From Botryllus schlosseri (Eukaryota): a stretch of DNA of 64,000 nt. Numbering within the stretch: position 1 is the stretch's first letter; every line of letters starts with the position of its first letter. Below, in pieces: positions 1 to 25,311 of the stretch. A program made the translations under genes and the position numbers. The stretch spans positions 23,436,001-23,500,000 of the forward strand of contig CM119379.1 of NCBI GenBank assembly GCA_051294905.1, given 5' to 3'. The notes under the pieces were generated by a model, which was not told where the DNA came from, ran no database searches, and worked only from the letters and a program-made list of their open reading frames with translations.

Positions 1-12375
<12,375 letters not shown>

Positions 12376-12656
12376 GATTAATGAATTAAATCCAGACGAA
12401 ATCCAATTCAAGCCAGCCTAATCCTTACTGCAAAGGACGAGTACCATTCCCACGTCGTGGGTGATATAAAGGTACTGTTCCTGTCTATTATGATCAGAAC
12501 TCTAACGCGCTTCATTGTTGTCATAGTGATGACTATGCGCGATGAACTGAATCGATACATCATTGAGACCTCATACAATGTCATTTTTCCACAGCGCCAC
12601 GCGAAAAAACACCCCAGTCGTGAAATAATCCATTACCTCGTAATATCAGAATAAAA

Positions 12657-12662
12657 TTTATT
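12657..12662 (-). terminator. Candidate poly(A) signal of the GPCR
   Basis: AATAAA on the minus strand ~420 nt after the GPCR stop codon. Confidence 0.35.
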
Positions 12663-13084
12663 GGCTGACTGCATTCCCGACCATTGTAATCAAAATTATT
12701 GATTCATACACCTCCAATCGTTCATACGTAGTCAAACTTATATACAACCGCATAACCAAAATTCCAATGTTCGAAATTACAAAAACCATGGTTGTTCTCA
12801 GTGTCACGCAGTTTGTGTCCACAATAGCGGTACATGGTATGATAAATCTATATCTAGCCGCTAAAAGTGGCCGTGTGATACTTGATAACGCTGCTTAACC
12901 ATATTTCAGATTAAGCTGAATCCTCGCAACGACATCAGTAATGTTTACGCCATTGCTTTGTGGCTGCACTAGGATTTCAATATGCGTCATAATCAGTAGC
13001 GTTTTCTCGGTAACCGAAGTGGAGCAACATCATCAAGCAATTCATTTGCGGACGTGTGTTGTATTCCATCTTCCTGACGTCCTT

Positions 13085-16000
13085 TCATGACATACTTGGT
13101 TCGTGTTTGTTTCGAGGCGGAAGAAGTTGCATATTGATATGCGGTAGATTTCCAGATTCCGAAATACTCTAAAATTGTTGACAAATAACTTTGCATATCT
13201 GCTTCAATAAGTTATGTCTTCCATACTGCATAATCAGAGGTGGTCAGTAACGAAGTACTTCTACTTTTTCGAAGTACTCAAGTAGTTGTCCTCTACTTCT
13301 GGTACTTACTCAAGTAGATCTGATTTTCGCTACTTCTACTTCTACTTCGTAATATTATGTGATCTACTTACTTACTTTTCGCTATTTTCAGTTTGTCAAG
13401 TAGAAGTAGTTCAATCTTCTAATTAGGAAGATAGCCTGAGGAATTTCGGGGCTGTTTTCACGGAGTATCAACATTCAATTTTCATAAAATTTTAGTAAAG
13501 CCCAGAATTTTCGTCGCGCTTCGCGCGCAGTGGATACGGAGTGACCAGTGTGATTTCACGAAAGTATCGGTGACTATAATTTAGGTAGAGGGTTGGCGTG
13601 GTTCCGTTCACACCACATTGTCGCCCTTCACCCATATCACATAATTCATCACAGTATATATGGCTCATCATAACGTTTGAAACTGATGTTTCGCAATCTA
13701 GCATTTACTTGTCATTTCGTAATCTAGCATGTCCATGGCGTGTCCAAATCTGGAAAAGTGTACTCTGACTTTTTTTTAGTTTTAGAGCGGTTTTAGCATA
13801 CCACCTTTGAAACTTTCTGGACTGAAAACATGAAATACATGTTCGGATTTTAGAAGTAGTATTTATATTTCACTTTCAATTCCCAGTATCATATACTTTG
13901 AGTTATAATTAATATCAGTTCTTTTGTTTGGATAACGTACATGTTTAAGTATAAAAGCAAGTGTAGTAATGCCTTTAATTTCTGGAAATGAAGCTACATA
14001 ATATGGCATTCTAATGGTCCACCATAATTTTTATTACCGTTTACTAATCGCCCAAAGTGTTTACACCGTATCCAATACAACTTCTCCGTATTGCTCTTCG
14101 ACTAAACTACGGGCCCTACAATATGGGGAATGGCGCCATACGATGCTATTTTCTAAAACGTGCTGTTCGAGTAAACAGAGGATTAGCATCGCATTTCCAT
14201 ATCAATACTATCATTTTCATCCCATCATGCGGACGAATGCTTATGCTATCGAAAATCGGATACCTGCTGGTATGCATCAATATGAATCATACTCGTCACC
14301 TATCGCATAGCTCAATTTGCATCTTTTTACAATCCATGTGAACGAATTTGAATCGTTTTCACAACTACTTACTTACTTGAGTACTTTTAAAGTCAGTCAA
14401 TTCTACTTCTACTTCAAGTAGTTTTAGGTTGCTTAAAAAAGAAGTACTTCTACTCGTACTTGAGTAGATTTTTTCGTCGCTACTTCTACTTCTACTTGAG
14501 TAGATTTCTTGACTACTTTGATCACCTCTGTGCATAATGCATCAAGTCTTATTACCTTTGTTGACCTCGTCGCCAGTGACGAGCGTCCGTTTGACTTGGT
14601 TACTCGACGAATTATAGGTCGATCTGGACGACTTCCTCTGAGTTTATTGAAAACACGCCTCACCCGTTTTCCAAAATTTGCTCCTGATATATGTGCACAG
14701 ATGATAAATAGAGTAGGTTAGGTATGTATTCGACATAATTGCATTAATAATTAAGATGCATAGGCTAGCCTACATGACCGTTGCTGCATTTATAAAAAAT
14801 AAATAAACATTTCGGCGCCGGCTACCACTCTGCGACTCACCAAGACTTATGAAGTTTCGGCTAACATGCGACTTCGCGAAGTGGGCCACCAAATCAAACC
14901 TTGGCCGAAAATGACCGCCGCATGTTGACCGAATACCATCGATATAGGTTCATTGTTCAATTGTCATTTGCTTGTTATCTTGGCCCCATAGTAACCCACA
15001 AATACCACCCTGTCACCCGCGGAGGAAAATGTTGCGTCCCGTGAAGAAATGCCAATTTGGGCCCGAGTGCATATTACGATTGAAGTTTTACATTTAGTTT
15101 GATCTGGTACGTTTAGACGATTCCAATATCTCTTGACTATATGTCACGAAATAACAACATTGAACAAAATAATTAATAACAGACGCGCCCTAATGTGCAA
15201 TAAGTTAATGCCAGAAATTAATAGCAATATATGACATTACCAATATTATAGACAAAATTCAATCCTGATTTTGACTAAACAAGAAATACACACCATAACA
15301 CTAAAACGAGCTTTTCTGTCAGTGATGAAAAGATAATAAATTTAGCCTACTCACCTAGGAATGTGTACAAAAGCGGATTTAGCAAACTACTGATGTACGC
15401 GAGGATGAGAGAGACCTTCACTGCGATTCTGCACGTGGATGGGTTCTCAGAAAGTTTTGTGATTCTGAGCGCATTGATTACTTGAAAGGGTGTCCAACAT
15501 ACGAGGAATGCTGCTACCAATGATACCTGCAGGTCCGAAATGTGATTATGATCAAATTCCAGTAATTTCAGCAGAGATTGATCAACGATGATGTAAAATT
15601 GTCCAGAAGGCACCAATTTCGCCTACCCTGGGGCTCGTTCGGAATCAAATTTGAACTCAGTCGAGTTACAACAGTGGAATTTACCAATACGCTTGTGTTC
15701 ACGCAAGTGTCCGATTGAAATTTCTCGTATAGTGGATTATTTTGTACAATTATCAATTATTTGATTTATTCAAGATTACGTCATTACGAGTGATGATTAC
15801 TTGTGATGTGATCATGTTCAATCACTCAGCAGCTTTGCTTATTCTCACCCTCTTACAATATCACAGTCCCCCTCTTAATCCAGTCTGATTTCTGGTTTGC
15901 TGTATTTGATTTGATTTAGGGCTATATAGGGCTACTGGGTCGTGATGGTCAACTCTCGGCATCGGGAGGTTGCTAGATTACATATAGCGATATACCAAGT

Positions 16001-19000
16001 TGAGGATCGAAGTCATCTGAAGTCGTGGTCTGATAAATCATTACATCAAATCGAGTTAATTTTGAAATAAGGTGTACAAGTAGCCTACACTATAGTACAG
16101 GTACAGTGCACTGTACACTGTATACAAGTAACAGAGGTTTTGATATGCTTCTATCACAAAATACTCACCACTAGAACCGTTGCCCTATAATTTCTCTTCT
16201 TGCTCGTAGAAGAAGAAAATCTTCTTCTTAAAAATGATGTTTTTCCAGTGGCCTCCCTTCTCAGAGACGACTGCGCTGTTTTTACTCGTGGATGTAAAAT
16301 GCGCCATAGAATACACCCATAACAAAACGCCACGATCGTCAGAGGAATAATGTACGCGACGGCAATGTTCACGTAGATCCATCTGATAAACTCCGGATAT
16401 GGTTCATGGTAGCAGTAACCCTCGTCCATCTGTTTACCGCTATCTTTCATCATTGCGATCATGTCTCCCGAAAAATCACCCATCCAATCATCCCCCTGTA
16501 TAAGAGCATATTACTTTTCTGTATCTGGCGTGTAAAGGTATTGCATGATGGTGCGCGCGTGTAATTTCCATTAACAAGATTCAAGAACAAAATTTTTGGT
16601 TGGAAAATAACTGCGGTATCACAAAAACAATTCCATACTTCATATTTTAGGTTGCAAAATTACTTAACAAGCAATCACTGGGACTGGGACGTATGCAGCA
16701 AATTTCATAAATTTTCTACCCCCCACGAATTCTTTACATTCTTTACACATTTACCCTAATTTTCAACTGTCAAGTTCATTCCAATGTGACGTCACAATTA
16801 AAGATTCCTGACGTCATGGCTAAAAAAAAACTAAAAAAACATCTCTAATAGCTATGCATTACGCACATGCGGTGGAGCGCATATTCGATCAGCCCGACGC
16901 GTTTCGTTGCACCGCGCAGTGCGTGTATATTGTATATATTCATCCAGCATTACACACAAATATGATGCCACTTGTCGGATTCACATTATTACAATATCAC
17001 TAGTCCGATGTGAGTAAGTTAGTGAGGCATCTCTTATAACATTCGCAAGCAGACAGGGCAATGACTCACCGTGATCTCGGCCGGTTCATGTTCGTCTAAA
17101 AATAGATTCTTCGCCACGTTATCCAGCGAAGACAAAGTTTTGGAGCAGTTTTGTAATGGGATATTTCGGCGTATGCATTTATGCTCTTCCATGCTCTCGT
17201 CATGGAAATCGACTACACATTTAGTCGCCTTACTTTGCCGGTCGTTCCCTTCCACAAGCTTCGTGTGGGCCAATATAGGTATGGATGCAGCTATCGCCAA
17301 AATCCACACCTGCGAATTATTGACTTGTGAAAACGTTGCTTGGTGATATCACAAGAAAGATCACGCGTGTCCCGGTTCATGCCTAAGCTTTGCCTTTCCC
17401 CTTAAACTACAACGATCACTGGTAGCTATTATCATGATATCTCGTTTATAGATTGTGCTCCAGATCTAAAATCCAGAATATGCAGAAAAATAGTTAAGCC
17501 TACAAAATAATCCCTACATAGTTAGGGATCTTGAGCAATTTGTAACTGACACAATTTCAAGGATAGAAGATGTATTCATTATGGAAAGCTTGCTCTTCGC
17601 TACTTATAAGTTACTTTGAATATTTTACAATACTTAATTTACTATAATTCCAAGTTTAAATGTCACTTAATCCACAAAGTTACATGGTGCATTAATATGG
17701 GTTAGCCTATATAACGTATACTACTCTCGTCAGATGTACGCCGGTTTCAGGAAATTTTTGTTGACTTGGATCGTGGACGTGGGAAATGGAATACGAAATT
17801 GTAGTACAACAGGCACGCATATGTATTTTCGACTCTTTATTTGCTATTCAATGTAATAGCATAATAATAATCGCCAGATTTTATATTTTTACCTGCCCAA
17901 GACACATACAATGTACAATGCGACTTACAAGACACAATGCGATGTATATATGTAAGTATGCCGAAACGACCAGTTGCGGTCTCTCAATCAGGCATCCACC
18001 TCGGCCTAGTGCCCGATGTTACAGTCTTTTAGTGGGCTATTTTGTCGCCGTAAGAACAACGACACTGGGGACGAGGAGTCCATAAAAACCTCCGACGGCG
18101 GAAATTGAACCCGGGCCGCCTGCATATAGATCGCGTCGGCACTCACATTAAAATGAACGCGATTATTTTCCGCTATTAAAAATTTGGATTTCAAAATTTT
18201 CCAGTCACTACTACAGAGTATGAAGTGTTTGTAATGTTTGTAATTGTGCATATGTACCAGAGGTGGTCAGTAACGAAGTACTTTTACTTTTTGGAAGTAC
18301 TCAAGTAGTTTCCATCTACTTCTGGTACTTACTCAAGTAAATCTGGCTTTCTGTACTTCTACTTCTACTTCGTAATATTTTGTGATCTACTTACTTACTT
18401 TTCGCAATTTTGAGTCTGTCAAGTAGAAGTAGTTTAATCCCCCAATACGAAAGATAGCCTGAGGAATATCGGTGCTGTTTTCACGGAGTACCAACATTTA
18501 ATATTCATAAAAGTCAAGTAAAGCTCAGAAATTTTGCTGCGCTTTGCGCACAGTATAGTTATAGAGTGACAAATATATTTTCACGAACGAATTAGTGAAT
18601 ATAATTTAGGTACCGGGTTGCTAATGGTTTCGCTCACACCGCATTGTCGCCCATATCCAATATTTCATCACAGTAAATATGGCCCACCATAACGTTTGAA
18701 ACTACCGTTTCGCAATCCAGCAATTACCTATCATATCGTTATCTAGCAGCCCATGACGTGTCCTGCTAATCTGGAAAATCCGGATTTTTGGAACGTTACA
18801 CCTGTTTTAATAGATTATCTTTGAAGTTTTATGGACAAAAGACATGAAATATATATTTCCGCTTTTTAGAAGTGGTATTTGTATTTCACTTTCAATTCCG
18901 AGTATGATACTTGGAGTATCATACTTTGAGTTCCAATTACTCTCAGTTTTTTTGTCTGCAGAACATACATGTTGGAGCATAAAAGCAAGTGTAGTAATGC

Positions 19001-21252
19001 CTCTATTTTCCGAAAATAAAGCTACACTCAATATAAATTTTACGATCCACAATATTTGCTATTACCGTTTATTAATCGCGAAAAGTGTTGAAACCGTATC
19101 CGATACAACTTCTCCGTATTGCTCTCCGCCTAAACTTGGGGCATTATAATATGGGGTATAGAGCGCCATTCCATGATATTCTCTAAAACAGGGTCTTCTA
19201 GTAAACAAAGGGTTAGTATCGCATTTTCATATCAATACTATAATTTGCATCCCATGACGCGAAAGAATGTTTCTTCTGTCGAAAATCGATAACTCCCGGG
19301 ATGCATCAATACGAATCCAGCTCTCTACACCTTCCGCATAGCTCAATTTGCAGCTTTTGACAGTCCATGCGAACGAATTAAGACTGTTTTCAAAACTACT
19401 TACTTACTCGAGTAGATTTATGGTCAGTCAATTCTACTTCTACTTCAAGTAGTTTCAGGTGGCTTATGGAAGAAGTGCTTTTACTCGTATTTGAGTAAAT
19501 TTTTTCGTCGCTATTTCTACTTCTACTTGAGTAGCTTTCTTAACTACTTTGACCACCTCTGATATGTACTTCGTGAGACTTGAATACGAGGCCTACTTAC
19601 AAACAATGTCACCACTGCTGATCCGAGTCTAGATCTGAGTTTCCTCCACGTCGGAGACATTGGAAATATTATGGCGACATAGCGGTCGAAACTCATCACC
19701 TGCAACAACACGTAGGCTCTGAACGTAGACTGTAAACTTCGATGACACAAATATTCGTGGATAAACAATGCATCTGCTACTATAGTATGACTATTGTTCG
19801 AATAAATAGGTATGAGGTGAGCTCGTAATGCAATCATCGGAAAGGAAAAGGAAACGTCTTGACTAATATTCTAGATTGTACTTCGATAGTTCGGTTCATC
19901 TGCCAAATGGAGGGCGTATTGACTAAAATAAATTAATAAAAAGTATAGCGAAATGAACCAAAACTGCATGAGTTGAATCCAAGGTAATCTCTCAATAAGA
20001 TGCGGGAGGCTGCGTTTGGCGCGTTGCGAGATAACGGTGTAGGGTTGTGGGCGCTGACGAGCTTACCGTTATAAAGAAGATGCTTGCATAATAATTGACG
20101 TGGAATATGCCATTATACAAGCAACATAATAGAGACCCAAATCTCCACTCATTCGTCAACTCGTCGATTGCTGCCAGAGGTAGCATCATGAGGAAGATCC
20201 CATCAGCTATGGCTAGTTGGAGAACATACCTATAGACATGAATATTGTGTTACATAACTTTGAGATGGATCATAATTTATGTTCAGCACATTATTTCATT
20301 ACCAGTGAGACGTTTTCTTGTATTCCCCCAGCACCAATATCATAATAATGACGACGAGATTAAGTATCAGACCCGCAGAAGCAATCGCGCACATGACGAT
20401 AGGCGTTCTCGAATCCGATTCCTCATTTGCTGTGATGTCTATAAATTTCAAGAGAAAATAACAGCTTTGTGCATGTGTGCGTAGTTTTCACCGGAACGTA
20501 TATGAATATGAATTTGCACTTGACAGATATGGGCTTCCAGGTTTTAACCGCTTTCGGTATGGATTCACATTTGTTTCGAAACCGGATGTCTGTTTGTAGA
20601 CAGAGTTTTGATTAACACGTAACTAGTACCTCGTATATGGTAACACGGCTACTTTGCGTTCATCCATTCTTTATTATAGGATACTTCTCATTCAGTGGGC
20701 ATTCCTCTTTTTTACATGTTCTTCCATTTCTGCTAAAATATTTGTAGGCCAGTGAGGGAGTTGGATTGATTGACCGCATCAAGCCGTTTTGACTGATTCA
20801 TTTCTATTCATTGTATTCTAAATATTGCGGTATCTTGAATTGACAACATGGTAATAAAATGATCCTAATACAGATCAAATAATTATTCTATAATTATATA
20901 CTAAATCTACTTCCTACATCGCACCTGAACCTTTCAGCATAATAATATGCTTAAGTTTACCGGAGAAATAGATGCCAACCGTTTGGGGTTACTGTTGATT
21001 CACAGCCATGCCCTAACGCCCAAAGATTTTTATCAGACATTCGTATGTGATATTATTTTTTAAAAGTAGTAGAAATTTAAGCTCAGATTACCTGATCGCT
21101 CAGACCAATCTATGTCCTCATTGTAGTCAGGATTATCTAATAACAAATTTACAGAGTAAATACACTTGAATTGTTATATGATGAATGGACATCTCACCTG
21201 TATATTCCTCCAGAAGTCCAGGAGAATCCAAATTGTAATCCATATCCATCAT
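13085..21252 (-). CDS. Class A (rhodopsin gamma-group) peptide/chemoattractant-like GPCR, ~482 aa, with long ECL2
   Basis: Exons 21198-21252, 21092-21136, 20303-20438, 20067-20229, 19601-19699, 17070-17309, 16169-16495, 15355-15526, 14556-14683, 13085-13168 splice in frame. Motifs: TM1 GLILN, TM2 YVLQLAIAD, ECL1 WRFG, TM3 NYYASIFFITVMSFDRY, TM4 VWILA, TM5 AYIIP, TM6 FLVCWTPF, TM7 LNPLLYTFLGANF. The first two exons and the last exon are less certain than the TM-coding exons. Confidence 0.9.
13235..14530. mobile_element. 1.3-kb non-autonomous hAT element, copy 1 (last GPCR intron)
   Basis: TIR CAGAGGTGGTCA / TGATCACCTCTG. Perfect TSD TGCATAAT at 13227-13234 and 14531-14538. (TACTT/AAGTAG) subterminal repeats. 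Confidence 0.9.
17895..18145 (-). mobile_element. tRNA-derived SINE, family 1
   Basis: B-box GGGTTCAATTTCC followed by ggactcctc, cttacggcgacaaaa, ggccgaggtggatg and cgcattgtacattgt blocks shared with 27568-27942. Confidence 0.7.
18258..19561. mobile_element. 1.3-kb non-autonomous hAT element, copy 2 (GPCR intron 5)
   Basis: TIR CAGAGGTGGTCA / TGACCACCTCTG. Perfect TSD ATATGTAC at 18250-18257 and 19562-19569. Colinear with 13235-14530 along its whole length. Confidence 0.9.
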
Positions 21253-21925
21253 TAGTTGCAGGTCAAGCCGGTATAGTATATATGTAACTTACAATGATGT
21301 CGCACATTCGACAAACGCAACAGAGACAGAGAAATAGAAACTGACGAATCGCGAGATGATCTGCGTTCAAATATGACTGCTATCTGACAGCGTTCGAAGA
21401 GGATAGATAGCTGACGCACGCGGAGGAGTTCCCGCAAATATCAACAACTGTATAATGATCATGGAAATCTGCTTCCTTCCGCCAGGCGATTAGATTGTTC
21501 TTCTTCGTTAGTGAAATCTGTTGTTCTTGCAGAATCAATCTTATTTACATAGCCTATGCATCTTGGGTAAGAAAACAAGGTTCTTGTTGTTATTATGATA
21601 TAGGCCTATAGCATCGATCGGTTGTACTTTACTTGTAGGTGTCGGAACATTGTCGGTTTTAAGTTCTAACATATCGCGCCATGAATGTTGCGTAGGCATT
21701 AAATTCAACCATAGAATTCTTATTGGCAACAAGGTAAGTCCCAGTTTTCAAGGGATGTGGATTTCGAAGACTGTCCCCTATAACGGCGGGTTAACTCCGT
21801 CCAATATTATTGCAGCAGCTTTAATCAAAGCGATAGCACTTATTCGACGTTGGTTTCTTGTTGTTGGCAAAGTATGTTGTTCAATAATTCGATTCCTACC
21901 ATGAAAGGTGATGGAAAGTATCATG

Positions 21926-23084
21926 CAGGACATGTTATGGTGTGGAATGAAATAGGAAATTTCCATACTCCATACCTGCATCAATCGTTCCATATAGGCC
22001 TACCATACTTACAATTTTCCATACCACAGCAGTATTCTTCCATACCATATTTGATACATCTTCCATACTTTCACAGTTGCCCAGCCTCTCAGATAATATT
22101 ATATTTTTGATGTGTGGAAATTTTCCGGCGTTTATATTTTAATTACTTTGGATGAAATAATCCATTTAAACACCCCTGATGTTTATCCCCAACTTTTTCG
22201 TGGCATGTTTCAGCGATGTAGATTGCCTTATCATCGAAGACGGAGCGTAAAATATATACCAGATTATTTGTGAAACGCTACATGTAAAACGATTGTGGTA
22301 ACGCACTGCTATCATATATACAGAGTGACGTAGAACAAAGTTATTGCCCCCCAACTCGTAATGCATTTTCACATCGCTACAATCATTAAGTATTTGGAGA
22401 CAGCGGGTCACATTTCTGATTTTTCCACCAATGTGTGGGTCATGCTCGTTATAGCTTCATTAGCTAACACCAGGGTGTCCATTCTGTCATCAGGGATAAC
22501 CAATTGAAGTTACAGTGCGTGTTGGATGCCGACGTGTTGGAGGCCGATATGCCGTAAAATATTGCGTGATGATCATCTGAGCAAAGCACTGGAAATAATT
22601 CTCAACTTCAACATAACTGCTACATTCTCAGAGTGTACGATTTTAAAACTACTCTTGGTAGTCTACGAAGTGGAAGTTACGATAAGGGAAATCTAGGCTA
22701 ACTGTAACACGACAGCGGTATTTTTTTATGGTATTTAAATTGGCACAATTATCATTAATATTATTTTCTTTCGTATGCGCGTTGCATAACATTTTATCTT
22801 CAAATAGATGTCTATCGGAATGGGTGACTCTGAGTCGCATTTTGAGAAATGAACATAAACCTGCGTCAGTGAACGATTTTCTGAGGTATGCAGTCGATTT
22901 GACAAACCGAAAGTAGGATCAATGTCGTGGTGCTGTCAAAACTGCCAAAGTATGGAATGTATGGAAAAATAATTTCATACCATACTCAAAAAATTCCATA
23001 CCATACCATACTTGGATATTTTCATATTCCATACCGAAATTTTGTTCCATTCCATACCATACCATACTTCCATACGATGCCCTG
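21926..23084. mobile_element. Non-autonomous hAT-type element with (CCATA)n subterminal repeats
   Basis: Ends caggacatgttatgg / ccatacgatgccctg. Flanks gtatcatg / gtatcacg (7/8 TSD). Confidence 0.7.
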
Positions 23085-23328
23085 GTATCACGCTTGAATG
23101 CGAATTCAAGATAGGCCTACACAAGGTATTTCTCTAATATCCGTCTCTGTGTGCGCGGGATGCATGTCAAAATTTATCTGCTATATAACTGAAATGTCCA
23201 CTCGCGTATACTAAAGGCAGGTAAATAGTTTACTGCACAGGGCACATTATAAAAAGTGAAGTAGCCTAATCACCACAAAATAGGCGAGAATTATAGCGAC
23301 ACAATAAGTGATCAATGATCATCTGATG

Positions 23329-25311
23329 CAGTGATTCCCAAGTGCGGCCCCCAGATTGCCTTCTTGCGGCCCCCAACATATATTAAGAAGTCGATTTATG
23401 ACAAAAATAAAATTTATATTTATAAAATACTCTTGCTTGGCTTGACCTATGGGTTTTTTTATTATAGAATTGCAGGAAAGTTGTGAATTGTGAGTATCGA
23501 CTGCTAACGTTATGTCACTGCTGTTTCAATGCAATGTGCCCGAACTTTCCAGTTGAACGAGCAGTAGCTATAGATATAAATAGGTATTGATAACTTTCAA
23601 AACCAAAGGAAAATCTCTCCCTCGTGGTCGCTTGACTAAAAAAGAAAGAGGCTCAACTCCCGGAAAATACAGTTTTTCTTTCACATTATTAGGTGGTTGA
23701 CTGAAAAAAACTTCCAGGTCCAGCTCCGAAATAGCCACCGTACCGTTCCTACAGTGCTGACTTAATGTATATCAGTCGAATTTGGCCCCATGTAACCAAA
23801 ATCCTCAAAATAGAAGACATTTGGGCGTCCTCCGAGGACACTTTAAAAAAATAAAAAAGAGGACAAATCATCTTAAAAGAGGCCGTATGGTAACCCTATG
23901 ATAACTAGCTGTGCAACACGCGACTCACGGTTGAATACGCCGAGATGCATACTGCTTAGTCGGCTAAAAGCAGCATAATTGGTAGTACTATATTCAGGGC
24001 CGTAACTGCCGCACCCCGAACCCCCCAATTGAGGGGGCCGAGCTCGAAGGGGCCCAAAATTATTTCGTGAATTGGCATAAATTATAGAGTATTTTTGGAA
24101 AATTTATGCAACTTCTTATGCGATTTCCATTCGCCGCATATCTTGATTATTGATTACTTACTCTTCCCCAAGACAAAATACGCAAGATTTATAGAAATGG
24201 GCATATAAGCGTTGGCCATGACCGCACCACAACGCACCAAGACATTTAAAGTTTTAGGCCATGTAACATGTGACTCCAATAAATGTGAACGATCGGCAGC
24301 GAGAAAGCCATGGCCGTAAAGGACTGCTTTTATGCTGACCAAAAAATTCGTTATACATACAAAATACATATAGGTTTATTTGTCCATATAGGCGCCTAAA
24401 TGACTGTCGCCGAATGTTCTTGTCTTGGCAATCTGAACCTCACAAGATAAATGCCATCTCGCAGGAAAGAAAATTATATGCCAGCGAAGAAATACCAATT
24501 CATCTGAAATCTTCCAGTTTAGTAGATTTGGGCAATTCTACATTATTTTGATAGGCCTATAGCAGACAGGATGTCACGAAATAACATCATGTGAAGAAGT
24601 CATACCTAGGGGTCTGCCCGCTCGAAGATGTTTAATTGTACGGGCTCTGCAGTTTCAAAGACACCTCTCACTGAGCTCTACCGGTAAATTGGATTACGTG
24701 GGCAAAGAGGACAACCACGCAATTCCCCATCTTATTCGCCGATTTTATTATGAATTATCGAGATATTCGGGCGTCGCGCTGTCTCAATAAACAGTACAAC
24801 TTTAATTTCGTGGCAAAAGCGAACAACGTCATGCGGGGTCAGTTTATCACCTTATGGGAGCCCGGGGTCCTGACGAAGTGCCGTTACGTTCCTGCCAACG
24901 GGTACCCCCGGATATGTTTAATTCCTATTGAGTGGGCATATACCTTTACAAACACACCTCACTCAACTCTACCGGTAAATCAGATTACGTGAACAGAGAC
25001 AAGATGAAAATTGATAGCAATACATGCAATTCCCGATCATATTGACCGATTCAGTCATGAAACTAAAGAAATTTTTCGCGCTTCGCGCGTTCAGACCAGA
25101 AGGGCTGATTCACTCAACAGACACCCAATGCAGCAGACAAGTAGCGGTAAACGGTGTACAGTTTTTAAATCTCGCCAGGGCAATAAAACTACTCCGAAAT
25201 AGCCATTATGACTGTTTGGGTCCGATTCATAGCCGTAGTATTCGTGCGGCCCCGACCGTACTCTGAAATTCTAAATTTGGCCCTCACACCGAAAAAGTTT
25301 GGGAACCACTG
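23329..25311. mobile_element. 2-kb composite Charlie/Buster-like non-autonomous element
   Basis: TIR cagtgattcccaa / ttgggaaccactg. Flanks atctgatg / atctaatg (7/8 TSD). Contains a TAGGGTTACCAT-family end (~23898), a CAGGGCCGTAAC left end (23995) and the module shared with 8020-9240. Confidence 0.72.

Noticed and set aside
12376-13084. RFX X-box expected for a ciliary gene
   Set aside because: Only half-sites (e.g. GGTAAC ~13009) were found, no better than chance.
14014-14341. ORFs inside the 1.3-kb element (also 18844-19149) as a possible transposase
   Set aside because: No hAT DDE, BED-finger or dimerisation motifs, and the frames are not preserved between the two copies.
20960-21012. AG/GT-bounded 52-nt segment as an extra GPCR exon
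   Set aside because: It would enter in phase 1 and leave in phase 2, breaking the frame into the TM1 exon.
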